A DNA stretch of 64,000 bases from an uncultured Gammaproteobacteria bacterium (GTDB lineage: Bacteria > Patescibacteriota > Microgenomatia > CAZETR01 > Amesbacteraceae). Under the pieces are notes generated by a model. That model ran no database searches. It saw nothing but the letters and a program-made list of their open reading frames with translations, and had not been told where the DNA came from. Made by a program: the position numbers and the translations under genes. This document shows positions 51,743-60,690 of the stretch, piece by piece. The stretch is from contig CAYHGA010000001.1 in NCBI GenBank assembly GCA_964356225.1, positions 29,573 through 93,572 of the forward strand, given 5' to 3'. How positions within the stretch are numbered: position 1 is the first letter of the stretch; each line of letters starts with the position of its first letter.

Positions 51743-53530
51743 TTAAACTTTCAAAATTGACAGGAAGGCTTCTTGGGGGATGTCGATGCGGCCGACACGC
51801 TTCATGCGGGCTTTGCCTGCTTTCTGTTTTTTGAGAAGCTTGTCTTTGCGGGTTTGGTCTCCCCCACTAAGTTTGGCGATAACGTCTTTGCGGTAAGCTT
51901 TGACGTCGGCCCGGGCTAAAATTTGGCTGCCGATAGCGGCTTGAATGGAAACTTCAAAATTCTGGCGGGGGATGATGTTTTGCAAAGTGACAACCAGGTT
52001 TTTAGCTAAATACGGAGTCAAGGCTTGGGGAACAATTTGAGACAAGGCGTCTATTTTGTCACCAGCGACGAGAATGTCCAGTTTTACTAAATCTGCGGCT
52101 TGGTAGCCGGCTAATTCGTAATCCAAGGTGGCGAATCCCTGGGAGACGCTTTTGAGGGAATCGTTAAAGCCGCGGATAAGTTCGGCCAGGGGCAAAATGT
52201 AAGATAACTGGACTAAACGGGATAAATATTGAATGTGGGTTTGAGTACCACGATGGTTTTGACAGAGCTGGATAACCGGACCGACGTATTCCTGGGGAAC
52301 AAAAATTGAAAGGTTTAGTATGGGCTCGCGAATTTCTTTTATCACGGACGGGTCGGGTAAGCCTGAAGGCTGGTTAATAGTTATTAGTTCATTGTTCATA
52401 GTAAGAACTTGATAGGAAACGGATGGGGCGGCGGCGATAAGGTCCAGACCGAATTCGCGCTCCAGCCTTTCTTGAACAATATCAGCGTGAAGCAAACCCA
52501 AGAAACCAACACGGAAACCGTTACCCAGAGCCGGAGAAAATTCCGGGGTAAAAATGAGAGCCGAATCGGAAAGCTGAAGTTTGCCTAAAGCGCTGCGCAG
52601 AGTATTTATTTCAGACCCTTGGGTAGAATAAAAACTGACGAAGACTACCGGTTTGATGGGTTTGTAGCCGGGGAGCGGGTTCATAGTTCTTAGTTCATAG
52701 TTCATAGTAGTAAGCGTGTCGCCGACGGTGAGAAGAGATAAATCTTTGAGGTTGGTGACGACATAACCTACAACGCCTGCGGAAAGAAGAGGGACCGGGG
52801 TGCGTTGGGGAGTGAAAAATCCAACTTCGATAGCGGTAGCCGGAGCGTGGGTGCCCAGTAAAAAAAGTTTGTCGTGGGTGGAAATTTGACCGTCGACGAT
52901 GCGCACCCAGGCGATAACACCCAAGTGGGGGTCGAAATTGGAATTAAAAACAAGAGCTCTGGTTAGTTGGTTAGTTGGTTTACGGTTTATAGTAGATGGG
53001 GAAGGAACGCGCTTAATAACTGCTTCCAGTAATTCCGGGACGCTGGCGCCGGTTTTGGCGGAGACCAAAAGTATCGAGTCTAAGTCTAAGTTTAAGATTT
53101 CAGAAAGCTGGCGTCTAGTGCCTTCGATGTCCGCAGTGATTATGTCTATTTTGTTAATGACAGGAATAATGGCTAGGCCTAACTTTTGGGCTTGATGATA
53201 GTGGGCCAAGGTTTGGGCCTGAACGCCCTGGGTGGCATCAACAAGTAAAATTGCTCCTTCACAGGCGGCCAGAGAACGATTAACCTCATAGGAAAAATCC
53301 ACGTGGCCGGGAGTGTCGATGAGATTAAGAATGTAATTTTGATAATGCATGCGGACGGGGGCAAGTTTGATGGTTATCCCCCGCTCGCGCTCGATGGGAT
53401 TGCTGTCCAGAAGCTGGGACTGCATGAGACGTTTAGAAACTGTGCCGGTAATTTCCAGAAAACGGTCGGCCAGCGTGGACTTGCCGTGATCCACGTGGGC
53501 AATAATGGCGAAGTTGCGAATGTTCTGCAT
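51743..53530 (-). CDS. lepA: Elongation factor 4 (LepA)
   Basis: AIIAHVDHGKSTL G domain plus LepA-specific C-terminal domains. Two short low-complexity inserts are encoded by nucleotide tandem repeats. Confidence 0.93.
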   Translation of the reverse strand: MQNIRNFAIIAHVDHGKSTLADRFLEITGTVSKRLMQSQLLDSNPIERERGITIKLAPVRMHYQNYILNLIDTPGHVDFSYEVNRSLAACEGAILLVDATQGVQAQTLAHYHQAQKLGLAIIPVINKIDIITADIEGTRRQLSEILNLDLDSILLVSAKTGASVPELLEAVIKRVPSPSTINRKPTNQLTRALVFNSNFDPHLGVIAWVRIVDGQISTHDKLFLLGTHAPATAIEVGFFTPQRTPVPLLSAGVVGYVVTNLKDLSLLTVGDTLTTMNYELRTMNPLPGYKPIKPVVFVSFYSTQGSEINTLRSALGKLQLSDSALIFTPEFSPALGNGFRVGFLGLLHADIVQERLEREFGLDLIAAAPSVSYQVLTMNNELITINQPSGLPDPSVIKEIREPILNLSIFVPQEYVGPVIQLCQNHRGTQTHIQYLSRLVQLSYILPLAELIRGFNDSLKSVSQGFATLDYELAGYQAADLVKLDILVAGDKIDALSQIVPQALTPYLAKNLVVTLQNIIPRQNFEVSIQAAIGSQILARADVKAYRKDVIAKLSGGDQTRKDKLLKKQKAGKARMKRVGRIDIPQEAFLSILKV

Positions 53531-53542
53531 GTGGGTATTCTC

Positions 53543-53932
53543 TCACAAACTAGTGGCTTCTTGTATTCCATCAGACAAACATTTATACGATTGTAATTGG
53601 TATTTTAGGGGTGATGGATACAATTCCAGGTGAGTAGCAGCAACTGCTATTGGTTCGTGAAGTTGATCTTTGCTTGAAAGCATCGTTAATTCCTTTGGTT
53701 TTAAAGACTTAAGCATGTTCTGTATATTTTGGTCTGCAGCATGGGACAACTCCAAACTTGCTCGGACTTCCTCGTACACCATTTCTATTTCAGGTGGAGG
53801 AATTACGGTATGCAGCAAAAGGGCGGTAGCTATTTTTGGATATTTTTTTGATATTTCTAACGCACGGGCGCCATTTAAATTAATACGTTCAATAAGGGGG
53901 GCGTAACTTTTTAATGGTTCCTGATCTTGCAT
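53543..53932 (-). CDS. Hypothetical 129-aa soluble protein
   Basis: No recognisable motifs. The start codon overlaps the stop of the upstream 33-aa peptide gene. Confidence 0.35.
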   Translation of the reverse strand: MQDQEPLKSYAPLIERINLNGARALEISKKYPKIATALLLHTVIPPPEIEMVYEEVRASLELSHAADQNIQNMLKSLKPKELTMLSSKDQLHEPIAVAATHLELYPSPLKYQLQSYKCLSDGIQEATSL

Positions 53933-54033
53933 TATTTTCTAGTGCCCAAATACACTACTAAGGCGAGGATACCGACCAAGACAATGAGCGTCCAGGGGTT
54001 GTTAACAACTTTTACAAAGAGCTCTGGATTCAT
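53932..54033 (-). CDS. Small hydrophobic peptide (33 aa, single TM helix)
   Basis: Hand translation: MNPELFVKVVNNPWTLIVLVGILALVVYLGTRK*. The stop overlaps the downstream ATG by 1 nt. Confidence 0.35.
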   Translation of the reverse strand: MNPELFVKVVNNPWTLIVLVGILALVVYLGTRK

Positions 54034-54035
54034 GG

Positions 54036-54152
54036 TTACTTACGCTGGGATTTAGATTTGTTGGCCAAATAAAGGATCCATGCAGCAAAAAGGATAGAGG
54101 CAATTAGGCCACTAACAAAAGCAAAATTTATGCGAGTAGTTATGTCATTCAT
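54036..54152 (-). CDS. Small hydrophobic peptide (38 aa, single TM helix)
   Basis: Hand translation: MNDITTRINFAFVSGLIASILFAAWILYLANKSKSQRK*. The ATG overlaps the stop of the 70-aa ORF, and its own stop lies 2 nt from the next ATG. Confidence 0.35.
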   Translation of the reverse strand: MNDITTRINFAFVSGLIASILFAAWILYLANKSKSQRK

Positions 54153-54357
54153 TGTGTATACTCTGACTTAATTTTAACCCAATCTGGACAAATATCCAGC
54201 ACGAAATGGTGCCAACAACAAAGAGAGCTAGTCTGAGAGATGAAACAATATCCGAAACACTGATTGATCCGATGACTCCACTGATGAACCACGCTTTAGC
54301 AAGATCAAAACAAAGGTTAGAAAGAGACTTAAATTGAAATTGATTTAATTTATCCAT
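54145..54357 (-). CDS. Small membrane protein (70 aa)
   Basis: ORF-track ORF with a C-terminal TM helix (LALFVVGTISCWIFVQIGL). An extended -10 (TGGTATATT) sits about 8 nt upstream. Confidence 0.4.
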   Translation of the reverse strand: MDKLNQFQFKSLSNLCFDLAKAWFISGVIGSISVSDIVSSLRLALFVVGTISCWIFVQIGLKLSQSIHNE

Positions 54358-54377
54358 TAGAGTTTAATATACCATAA

Positions 54378-56018
54378 CTAATTTTGATCCGGGGCGGAGA
54401 GGATGACGGGCTCGGCGGGGACGGGAGATAAGATGTTTTTCCACTGGGCAATTCGTTTAATTAAATCGATGAAAGTTGCTAATTCGGGAATTTTGAAAAA
54501 CGCAGACAGGGAAAAATAAACCGATAAGCCAATGAGGGTAGTGATCCCCGTCAAGAGAAGTAAAGGAAGAGTACGGGTGGTATCAAAAACAAATTGATCC
54601 AGTAAACGCATGGGTATCCATAGGAAAAGGCCGGTGACGAGGCTGGTAAAAATCATTTTGGCCAGAGGGATAAAAACTTTATGCGGGGCCACTGAAACAC
54701 GGTGGTATAACAGCCAGGAAAGAACCAGAGTTTCCAAAATGGCGGTGGTAGAGATGGCTACCGCTATTCCCAGAATTCCCCACCCTAACCAGGTGACGGC
54801 TAATATGGATAATGTCGAACTAAAAATGGCGGCGATTATGCCGACTATAAGCGGGGTGCGGGTATCGTGCAGGGCATAAAAACCGCGAATGACTAACTGC
54901 ATGACGGCGTAAAAAGCGGCCGAAGCACAGAGAATGGCCAGTGTTTTCCCGGTCAAAAGAGTGGCGGTCCAAGGAAAAGTTTTGGCACCAAAAATGATAC
55001 GGACGATGGGGATCCTCAAGATAATGAACAAGGTGCTAAGAGGAAGGGCCATAAAAGCGATTTGCAAAAAGGAGGAAACCAGAGTGCGCCTGAATTGGTC
55101 CAGATCGGAATGGGCCGCTTCTTTGGAAAGCTGGGGAAAGGCGGCCTGACCAATGGTAACTCCAAAGAGAGAAGTGGGAATAGTAAAAAGGAGGCGGGAA
55201 GCATTAAGAAGGGACAAAGAGCCGGAAGCCAGAAGCGAGGCTAGAGTGACGGCCACAAATTGCTCTATTTGATCAATGCCCAGAGCCAGGACTCGGGGGG
55301 GCATAAGACGGCCTATTTCACGAACCCCGGGGTGGAAAAAATCCAAAGATAAAGAGGGGCGAAAACCTAGGCGGAAAGCCAAAGGCAATTGGATAAACAT
55401 ATGCAAAATTGCTCCCAGGACAACTCCCAAGGCCGGACCGAGGATGCCCAGGGTGGGAGAAAGGAAGACGATGCCGGCGATAATCCCCAGGTTGTAGGCT
55501 ACGGGGGCCAAGGCAGGGATAAGAAAACGCTGGTGAGATTGGATGATACCGGTCAAAAAACCGGAAATGGAAAAGAATATTTGAGCCACAAGCATGATCC
55601 GCAAAAGTTGAACCATGACACTAATTTGGGAAACGGTGAAGCCGGGAGCAATCAGCCGAGAGAGGGGGTATGCAAATATAAAGATGACGGTCGAGAGAAG
55701 GGTAAAAACAAGAATAATCAGATTCATGGTGGTGGAGGTCATAGCCCAGGCTTCTTTTTCGTTCTTGGCCAGATACTTGTTAAAGGTGGGAATAAAGGCG
55801 GCAGAGAGGGAACCGATGACTAGAAGCTGAAAAATAGTATCCGGGATAACAAAGGCGGCATAGTAGACGTCAAGCAGCGGGGATTGAGTGCTAAAAAAAG
55901 AGGAAATCAGCAGGCGGGTCTTGACCAAACCAATGAGATGAGACAGGCTATAAGTGGCCATGATAATGAAGGCGGCAGAAAGAATGTGGTTTTGGCGCCG
56001 GAAGAAAATATCCCGCAT
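54378..56018 (-). CDS. murJ: Lipid II flippase MurJ/MviN
   Basis: A 546-aa polytopic protein with a MOP-superfamily MurJ pattern. The true start may be the internal Met of MATYSL. Confidence 0.85.
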   Translation of the reverse strand: MRDIFFRRQNHILSAAFIIMATYSLSHLIGLVKTRLLISSFFSTQSPLLDVYYAAFVIPDTIFQLLVIGSLSAAFIPTFNKYLAKNEKEAWAMTSTTMNLIILVFTLLSTVIFIFAYPLSRLIAPGFTVSQISVMVQLLRIMLVAQIFFSISGFLTGIIQSHQRFLIPALAPVAYNLGIIAGIVFLSPTLGILGPALGVVLGAILHMFIQLPLAFRLGFRPSLSLDFFHPGVREIGRLMPPRVLALGIDQIEQFVAVTLASLLASGSLSLLNASRLLFTIPTSLFGVTIGQAAFPQLSKEAAHSDLDQFRRTLVSSFLQIAFMALPLSTLFIILRIPIVRIIFGAKTFPWTATLLTGKTLAILCASAAFYAVMQLVIRGFYALHDTRTPLIVGIIAAIFSSTLSILAVTWLGWGILGIAVAISTTAILETLVLSWLLYHRVSVAPHKVFIPLAKMIFTSLVTGLFLWIPMRLLDQFVFDTTRTLPLLLLTGITTLIGLSVYFSLSAFFKIPELATFIDLIKRIAQWKNILSPVPAEPVILSAPDQN

Positions 56019-56030
56019 GTGTGATATTAT

Positions 56031-56279
56031 ATGGCGGATATGCCTATAACTAAAGGTGCAATCAGGAAGCTACGGGCGGATAAAGGTAAGGCCCGGGTTA
56101 ATAACGTAATAAAACGGGCGTTTAGGGAATCCGTGTCTAAGATGCGCAAGCATCCGACCGTAAAAAATTTGGTGGAGGTCTACCGGAAACTGGACCGGGC
56201 GGCTAAATCTAAAGTGATTCACAAGAATAAAGCGAATCGGTTGAAATCTAGACTGTCCAAGTTGCTGAAAAAGAAGTAG
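56031..56279 (+). CDS. rpsT: 30S ribosomal protein S20
   Basis: 82-aa S20. Confidence 0.9.
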   Translation: MADMPITKGAIRKLRADKGKARVNNVIKRAFRESVSKMRKHPTVKNLVEVYRKLDRAAKSKVIHKNKANRLKSRLSKLLKKK

Positions 56280-56296
56280 TGTTGTACACTGGAAGA

Positions 56297-58114
56297 ATGC
56301 TACGAAAAGGATTTGTTGGTATCGAGTTGGCAGTAATGGTGGTGATGGTAATGGGGCTGATCGCTGGAACAAAGCAAATTTCAGATCTCACCCAAAAGTT
56401 CCTAATCAAGAACAAAGCGGCTGGACAAGTTACTTGTTCTTCAAATTGCGCATCTGGTTCCAGTGGTGAATATAATTTCTGCTACAACGAATGCGTTCCG
56501 GGGAAAACCGGTTACTCCCGGCCCATTGGTTGTAATTCCAGTGGTTGGGTGAGAGGAAATGATCAAGTTGATTCGGCTTGCGGCTCCGCACCCGCGCCTA
56601 CTCCGGTATCCCCAGGTCCCACTCCGACTGGCGCTCCAACTCCAGGTGATGGACCTTACGGTAAAAATTGGGGGAATACGTGTAACGGTATAAATTATGG
56701 GGGCTGCAGTCCTGGTTACCGTTGCGTAGGCAATCTTTGTAGTGGATATAACTGTTTTAAGCTTGATTCGTCATGTGGGGGAGTACCACCGTCAACTATC
56801 TGTCAACCTGGCCATTGTGATTACGGAGGATCAAACCTAGGCTGGAGAAAGTGCAATGGCAACGGCACGGCTTACGACGGAAATAAATACACAGATAATA
56901 CTTGCTCCACTGTCGCCGGTGGAGGACCTACCCCAACTCCAAAATCCGGTGCGACACCTACGCCAAGACCTACTCCGACTCCACCTTCGACATGTGCTCA
57001 ATATTACAGTCTCGCTGATTGTAATAGTGCTTCATGCTCTTGGTATAACTGTGGGGGCAAGTCTCCGGGCTGTTTCCCGGGTGGGACGTTGATGGCGGTT
57101 GCCTGTCCCACCACCCCAACCCCAACGCCGACCCCAAGACCTACTCCAACCCCGACTCCTGTTGTGGATTGTACCAAGATTCCCTACTCTGACTGTAATA
57201 CTTCACTTAACAATGGAAACTCTCGGTGTGCTTGGTACAACTGTTATGATGGAACAGCTGGCTGTTTTTCTAAAGGTACGCCAGATACTGTTGCTTGTCC
57301 AAACCTCGCTCCAACGCCAACCCCAACGCCAACCCCAAGACCTACTCCCACCCCGACCCCAAAACCCACGCCCACTCCGACTCCAACCCCTAAATCCGAA
57401 CCTAGATATAATTATGATCTCTCTACTTATCGCTGTGTTGAGGCTCAAGATGGATATTATCCTTCTTTCTCCGCTTGTGAACAGAACTATGCTGTACTAA
57501 ATGTGCCATACTGTAAGTCGGATGGGTTTCTGTGTTATGCAGCAAATACCGATGGATCTTGTAAGACTACAATACAATGTTATCCAGGAACTGTTTGCAC
57601 AGGCTCACCAAGATTCGCTAAATGTGCTCTCGCTTCTTCTCCCCCCACTCCCACTCCAACTCCGACGCCTGCTGCTGAGAATAACGGCTGGACTGGTCAA
57701 TACTGTGCTGGAGGGCTCCTTGGATCTCCGAAGAGTATCTGCAAACCCGGTCTGCCTCCTACATGCGAGCCCTGCAATAGTTGCTCCGGAAATTACGGAT
57801 ACGCCGTAGGCGCTGGTTGTTCTCCAATTTCAACCCCAACTCCAACCCCAACTCCAACTCCTACGCCCGTCGCTGGCCAAGGCTGGACTAATCAATACTG
57901 CACAGGAGGGTCTTCGAGAAGTATCTGCACTTTTAGTTTCCCTCCTACATGTTCCCCTTGCAACAGTTGTTCCGGAAATATTGGGTATGCCGTGTGCAAC
58001 GGTTCTTCGCTAATTCCTACGACCGATTCTACTCCCGCGGTTGCTCCTAAGACCCCTCGTCCTTTCTACTGCATAAACTTCTTTGGCTGGAACCCATGTG
58101 GAGTTGTCCAGTAG
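56297..58114 (+). CDS. Type IV pilin-like protein with a large C-terminal region of Cys-rich modules separated by (TP)n linkers
   Basis: Class III signal peptide MLRKG|FVGIELAVMVVMVMGLIAG (cleavage-site Gly, Phe at +1, Glu at +5). The following ~580 aa carry more than 60 Cys in repeated modules (DC..C.WYNC...GCF..GT...VACP twice; GW..QYC.GG......C.....PPTC.PCNSCSGN.GYAV twice) joined by TPTPTP runs. The ORF track's 56279 start is a GTG overlapping the rpsT stop. Confidence 0.6.
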   Translation: MLRKGFVGIELAVMVVMVMGLIAGTKQISDLTQKFLIKNKAAGQVTCSSNCASGSSGEYNFCYNECVPGKTGYSRPIGCNSSGWVRGNDQVDSACGSAPAPTPVSPGPTPTGAPTPGDGPYGKNWGNTCNGINYGGCSPGYRCVGNLCSGYNCFKLDSSCGGVPPSTICQPGHCDYGGSNLGWRKCNGNGTAYDGNKYTDNTCSTVAGGGPTPTPKSGATPTPRPTPTPPSTCAQYYSLADCNSASCSWYNCGGKSPGCFPGGTLMAVACPTTPTPTPTPRPTPTPTPVVDCTKIPYSDCNTSLNNGNSRCAWYNCYDGTAGCFSKGTPDTVACPNLAPTPTPTPTPRPTPTPTPKPTPTPTPTPKSEPRYNYDLSTYRCVEAQDGYYPSFSACEQNYAVLNVPYCKSDGFLCYAANTDGSCKTTIQCYPGTVCTGSPRFAKCALASSPPTPTPTPTPAAENNGWTGQYCAGGLLGSPKSICKPGLPPTCEPCNSCSGNYGYAVGAGCSPISTPTPTPTPTPTPVAGQGWTNQYCTGGSSRSICTFSFPPTCSPCNSCSGNIGYAVCNGSSLIPTTDSTPAVAPKTPRPFYCINFFGWNPCGVVQ

Positions 58115-58159
58115 ATTGTAAATACTACTAAAGCCGGAAATAATTGTTATACTAAGAAC

Positions 58160-58687
58160 ATGGCTGCCCTGGGTAGTATTAATTTGTTGCCTAAGTCTGA
58201 TTTTGAGGCTTCTTTCTGGGGGAAATTTTTGAAGTGGGGACTGACCACCGGGAGATACTTAGTGATTTTGACGGAGCTAGTAGTAATCGCCGCGTTTTTA
58301 TCCAGATTTAAATTGGATTGGGATTATGCGGCAGTAAGAGACAGAATTAATGGAAAAAGAGCGGTGTTGACGGCGATGGCCGAAACGGAAAGAAGATTTA
58401 GATTGGCCCAGAGCAGGCTGGGAGCAGCCGGAAAAATTATGGGGGGGCAATTAGAAGCGGCGAAGGAAATCGAAAAAGTGACAGCCAAAGTTCCCGCGGG
58501 AGTGGTGTTAACTGATGTGACCGTGTCTGACAAAATGATAACGGTTTCGGGAAGCGCCAGCAGTGCGGATAAATTTGGAATCTTTTTGTCCCGTTTGACG
58601 GCAAGCGGTGACTGGAAAAGCGTAGGGGTGAAAAGTTTATCAGATGACGGACAAGCGGGATTTAAATATTTAATATGGCTCAATTAG
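58160..58687 (+). CDS. PilN-like pilus assembly protein
   Basis: N-terminal INLLP signature, a single TM helix and a periplasmic domain. Confidence 0.6.
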   Translation: MAALGSINLLPKSDFEASFWGKFLKWGLTTGRYLVILTELVVIAAFLSRFKLDWDYAAVRDRINGKRAVLTAMAETERRFRLAQSRLGAAGKIMGGQLEAAKEIEKVTAKVPAGVVLTDVTVSDKMITVSGSASSADKFGIFLSRLTASGDWKSVGVKSLSDDGQAGFKYLIWLN

Positions 58688-59235
58688 ATTACAAAAGCAG
58701 TTTGGCCCAATACCGCAGATATTTGGCGGCGGTGCGAGAGCAACCCTTATTTGCCGCCAGTTTGGGGTTGGTGCTGTCTCTGACGTTAATAATAATTCTG
58801 GTGTTAGCAGCCCTGCGGCCAACTTTAGTGACTATTGCCTCACTGCTAGGAAATATTCAGCAACAAAGCGATGTGGAGAAAAGACTGGACAAAAAAATTG
58901 CAGAGATAACTGCGGCCCAAGCAGAGTATTTGAAAAACGAATCCAGGTTGGGTGTGCTGGATGAAGCATTGCCGGTGGGCCAGAAATATGCGGCCTGGGG
59001 AATGAGATTGGAGACCGCCGCTTCTGAAAGCGGTGTGAAAGTGATGGAATGGTCGCTTCTGGATGGAAAAGATTTCAGTGTTTCTTTAAGCGGAGACGTG
59101 GCGGGATTGAAACGGTTTTTGGCCACTATGGAAAACTTGCGGCGGTTGGTGGAAGTCAAGAGTATACAGTTTGCTAAAGAAAAAGAACTGACGTTAGTTG
59201 TGAAGGGAGTCTTAAAATCATATGAAGAAAAATAA
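58675..59235 (+). CDS. PilO-like pilus assembly protein
   Basis: TM helix plus a coiled-coil and PilO-like periplasmic domain. It overlaps the PilN-like gene. Confidence 0.45.
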   Translation: MAQLDYKSSLAQYRRYLAAVREQPLFAASLGLVLSLTLIIILVLAALRPTLVTIASLLGNIQQQSDVEKRLDKKIAEITAAQAEYLKNESRLGVLDEALPVGQKYAAWGMRLETAASESGVKVMEWSLLDGKDFSVSLSGDVAGLKRFLATMENLRRLVEVKSIQFAKEKELTLVVKGVLKSYEEK

Positions 59236-59422
59236 AACTGACCGGCAAGTTGTGGTAGTGCTGGTTATGACTTTGATTACGCTGGTAGCCTGGGTGGGGT
59301 TTGAAGTTTACCGGACATATACTCTGGTAAACATCCCCCCAGTTTCCGACAAACTGCTGCTGGAGTTGTCTCCCACGCTGGATATTTCCGTGCTGGAAAA
59401 ATTAGAAAGCAGGACACCATGA
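59222..59422 (+). CDS. Small membrane protein in the pilus locus
   Basis: 66 aa with one TM helix, overlapping both neighbouring genes. Confidence 0.35.
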   Translation: MKKNKTDRQVVVVLVMTLITLVAWVGFEVYRTYTLVNIPPVSDKLLLELSPTLDISVLEKLESRTP

Positions 59423-60690
59423 GAAAAAGAGAGCTGACTATTCCTACAATTTTGGGAGTTCTGGCTATAATCGGAGGGCTGATAGGGGGAGTAGTGTTAT
59501 TGAACAAACCATTAAGAGGTTTGGTGGGGGCTAGCCCGGAAGAAACTCCAAAAGAAGTCAAGATTACTAATATTTCCGACACCAGTTTTGTGGTGAGCTG
59601 GGTGACAGACAAATCCACTTCCGGTTATGTCCAATATAACGGAGGATTGGTGGTGTCCGATGACCGGGATCAAGAACGAGGGGAAATCGGAAACTATTTT
59701 ACCCATTTGGTGACTATTAAGGCGCTCAAAGCGGAGACGGGGTACAGTTTTAAAATAGGATCGGGGAAAAGTTTGTATGATAATTCGGGGAAGTTGTATC
59801 AGATAACAACGGCTACCGCAGTAAGCCAGGTTCCGGTAGCGGACGTGGCTTATGGGCAAGTGGTTACAGCCAGCGGTGATCCGGTAGAGGGAGCAATTGT
59901 ATATTTGTCCCTGCCAGGAGCGGTTTCCCAGGCAGCACTAACTAAGTCTTCGGGGTCATGGGTAATTCCAATGGCGGTTGCCAGAAGCGCAGATCTAACT
60001 GGTTATGCGGCTTATGACCGGGAAAAAGAAAAGATCGAAATAACGGTTCAAGCCGGAGCATTGGGAACTTCTGTGGTCAATACTACGACGGGGACGACTA
60101 AGCCGGTGGCAAATATAACTTTGGGGGAAAACAGAAGCGGAGAAACACCGGCACCTACACCGGTAGCGGGATCAAAGTTTTCCCCGGGAGCGCTGGCCAC
60201 TGATACGGGGGAGACTCTGGTGATTTTGACTCCTAAATCCGGGGAAAAAGTTAATTCCCAGAAACCGGAAATTATGGGTAAGGCCCCGGCGGGAAGCAAA
60301 GTGACTATTAAAGTGGAATCTTCCCAATTATTTACCGAGACTTTAACTGCGAGCGAAAATGGGGACTGGACTTATGGAGTTCCGGAAGACTTGGAACCGG
60401 GTGAGCATACGATAACAGTAACTTCGATTATTGATGGGGTAACAAAAACTATTAAGAAAAGTTTTGTGGTGGAAGCGGCGGGAGTTTCCAATGCCCCCGC
60501 CAGAGTGGCCACTCCGTCAGCAACACTAAAACCCACTCCTAAACCGACGCCCACAATTGCTCCAAGGGTGGCTTACCCGTCTACTGAATCCGGGACGCCC
60601 ACGTCCGGTAACTTGACTCCGACTTTAATTTTACTCATACTGGGAGCGGGGCTGGTGTTAGCTGGTGCCACTTCATATAGAAAAATCTAA
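59419..60690 (+). CDS. Membrane-anchored surface protein with FN3-like and Ig-like domains and a C-terminal TM anchor
   Basis: N-terminal signal anchor; KEVKITNISDTSFVVSWVTDKSTSGYVQY is FN3-like; a later Big-like region; C-terminal LTPTLILLILGAGLVLAGATSYRKI. Confidence 0.45.
   Translation: MRKRELTIPTILGVLAIIGGLIGGVVLLNKPLRGLVGASPEETPKEVKITNISDTSFVVSWVTDKSTSGYVQYNGGLVVSDDRDQERGEIGNYFTHLVTIKALKAETGYSFKIGSGKSLYDNSGKLYQITTATAVSQVPVADVAYGQVVTASGDPVEGAIVYLSLPGAVSQAALTKSSGSWVIPMAVARSADLTGYAAYDREKEKIEITVQAGALGTSVVNTTTGTTKPVANITLGENRSGETPAPTPVAGSKFSPGALATDTGETLVILTPKSGEKVNSQKPEIMGKAPAGSKVTIKVESSQLFTETLTASENGDWTYGVPEDLEPGEHTITVTSIIDGVTKTIKKSFVVEAAGVSNAPARVATPSATLKPTPKPTPTIAPRVAYPSTESGTPTSGNLTPTLILLILGAGLVLAGATSYRKI

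Noticed and set aside
56019-56030. 12-bp divergent spacer between murJ and rpsT, which could suggest a missing promoter
   Set aside because: murJ most likely starts at an internal Met (MATYSL, around 55958). That leaves a spacer of about 72 bp, so this is not anomalous.
57100-57880. Periodic CCAAC/CCGAC/CCCAC nucleotide repeats, which could suggest a CRISPR array or minisatellite
   Set aside because: They are in frame and encode (Thr-Pro)n linkers of the pilin-like protein. There is no repeat-spacer architecture. Similar runs at 61240..61700 and 62260..62330 are also coding.
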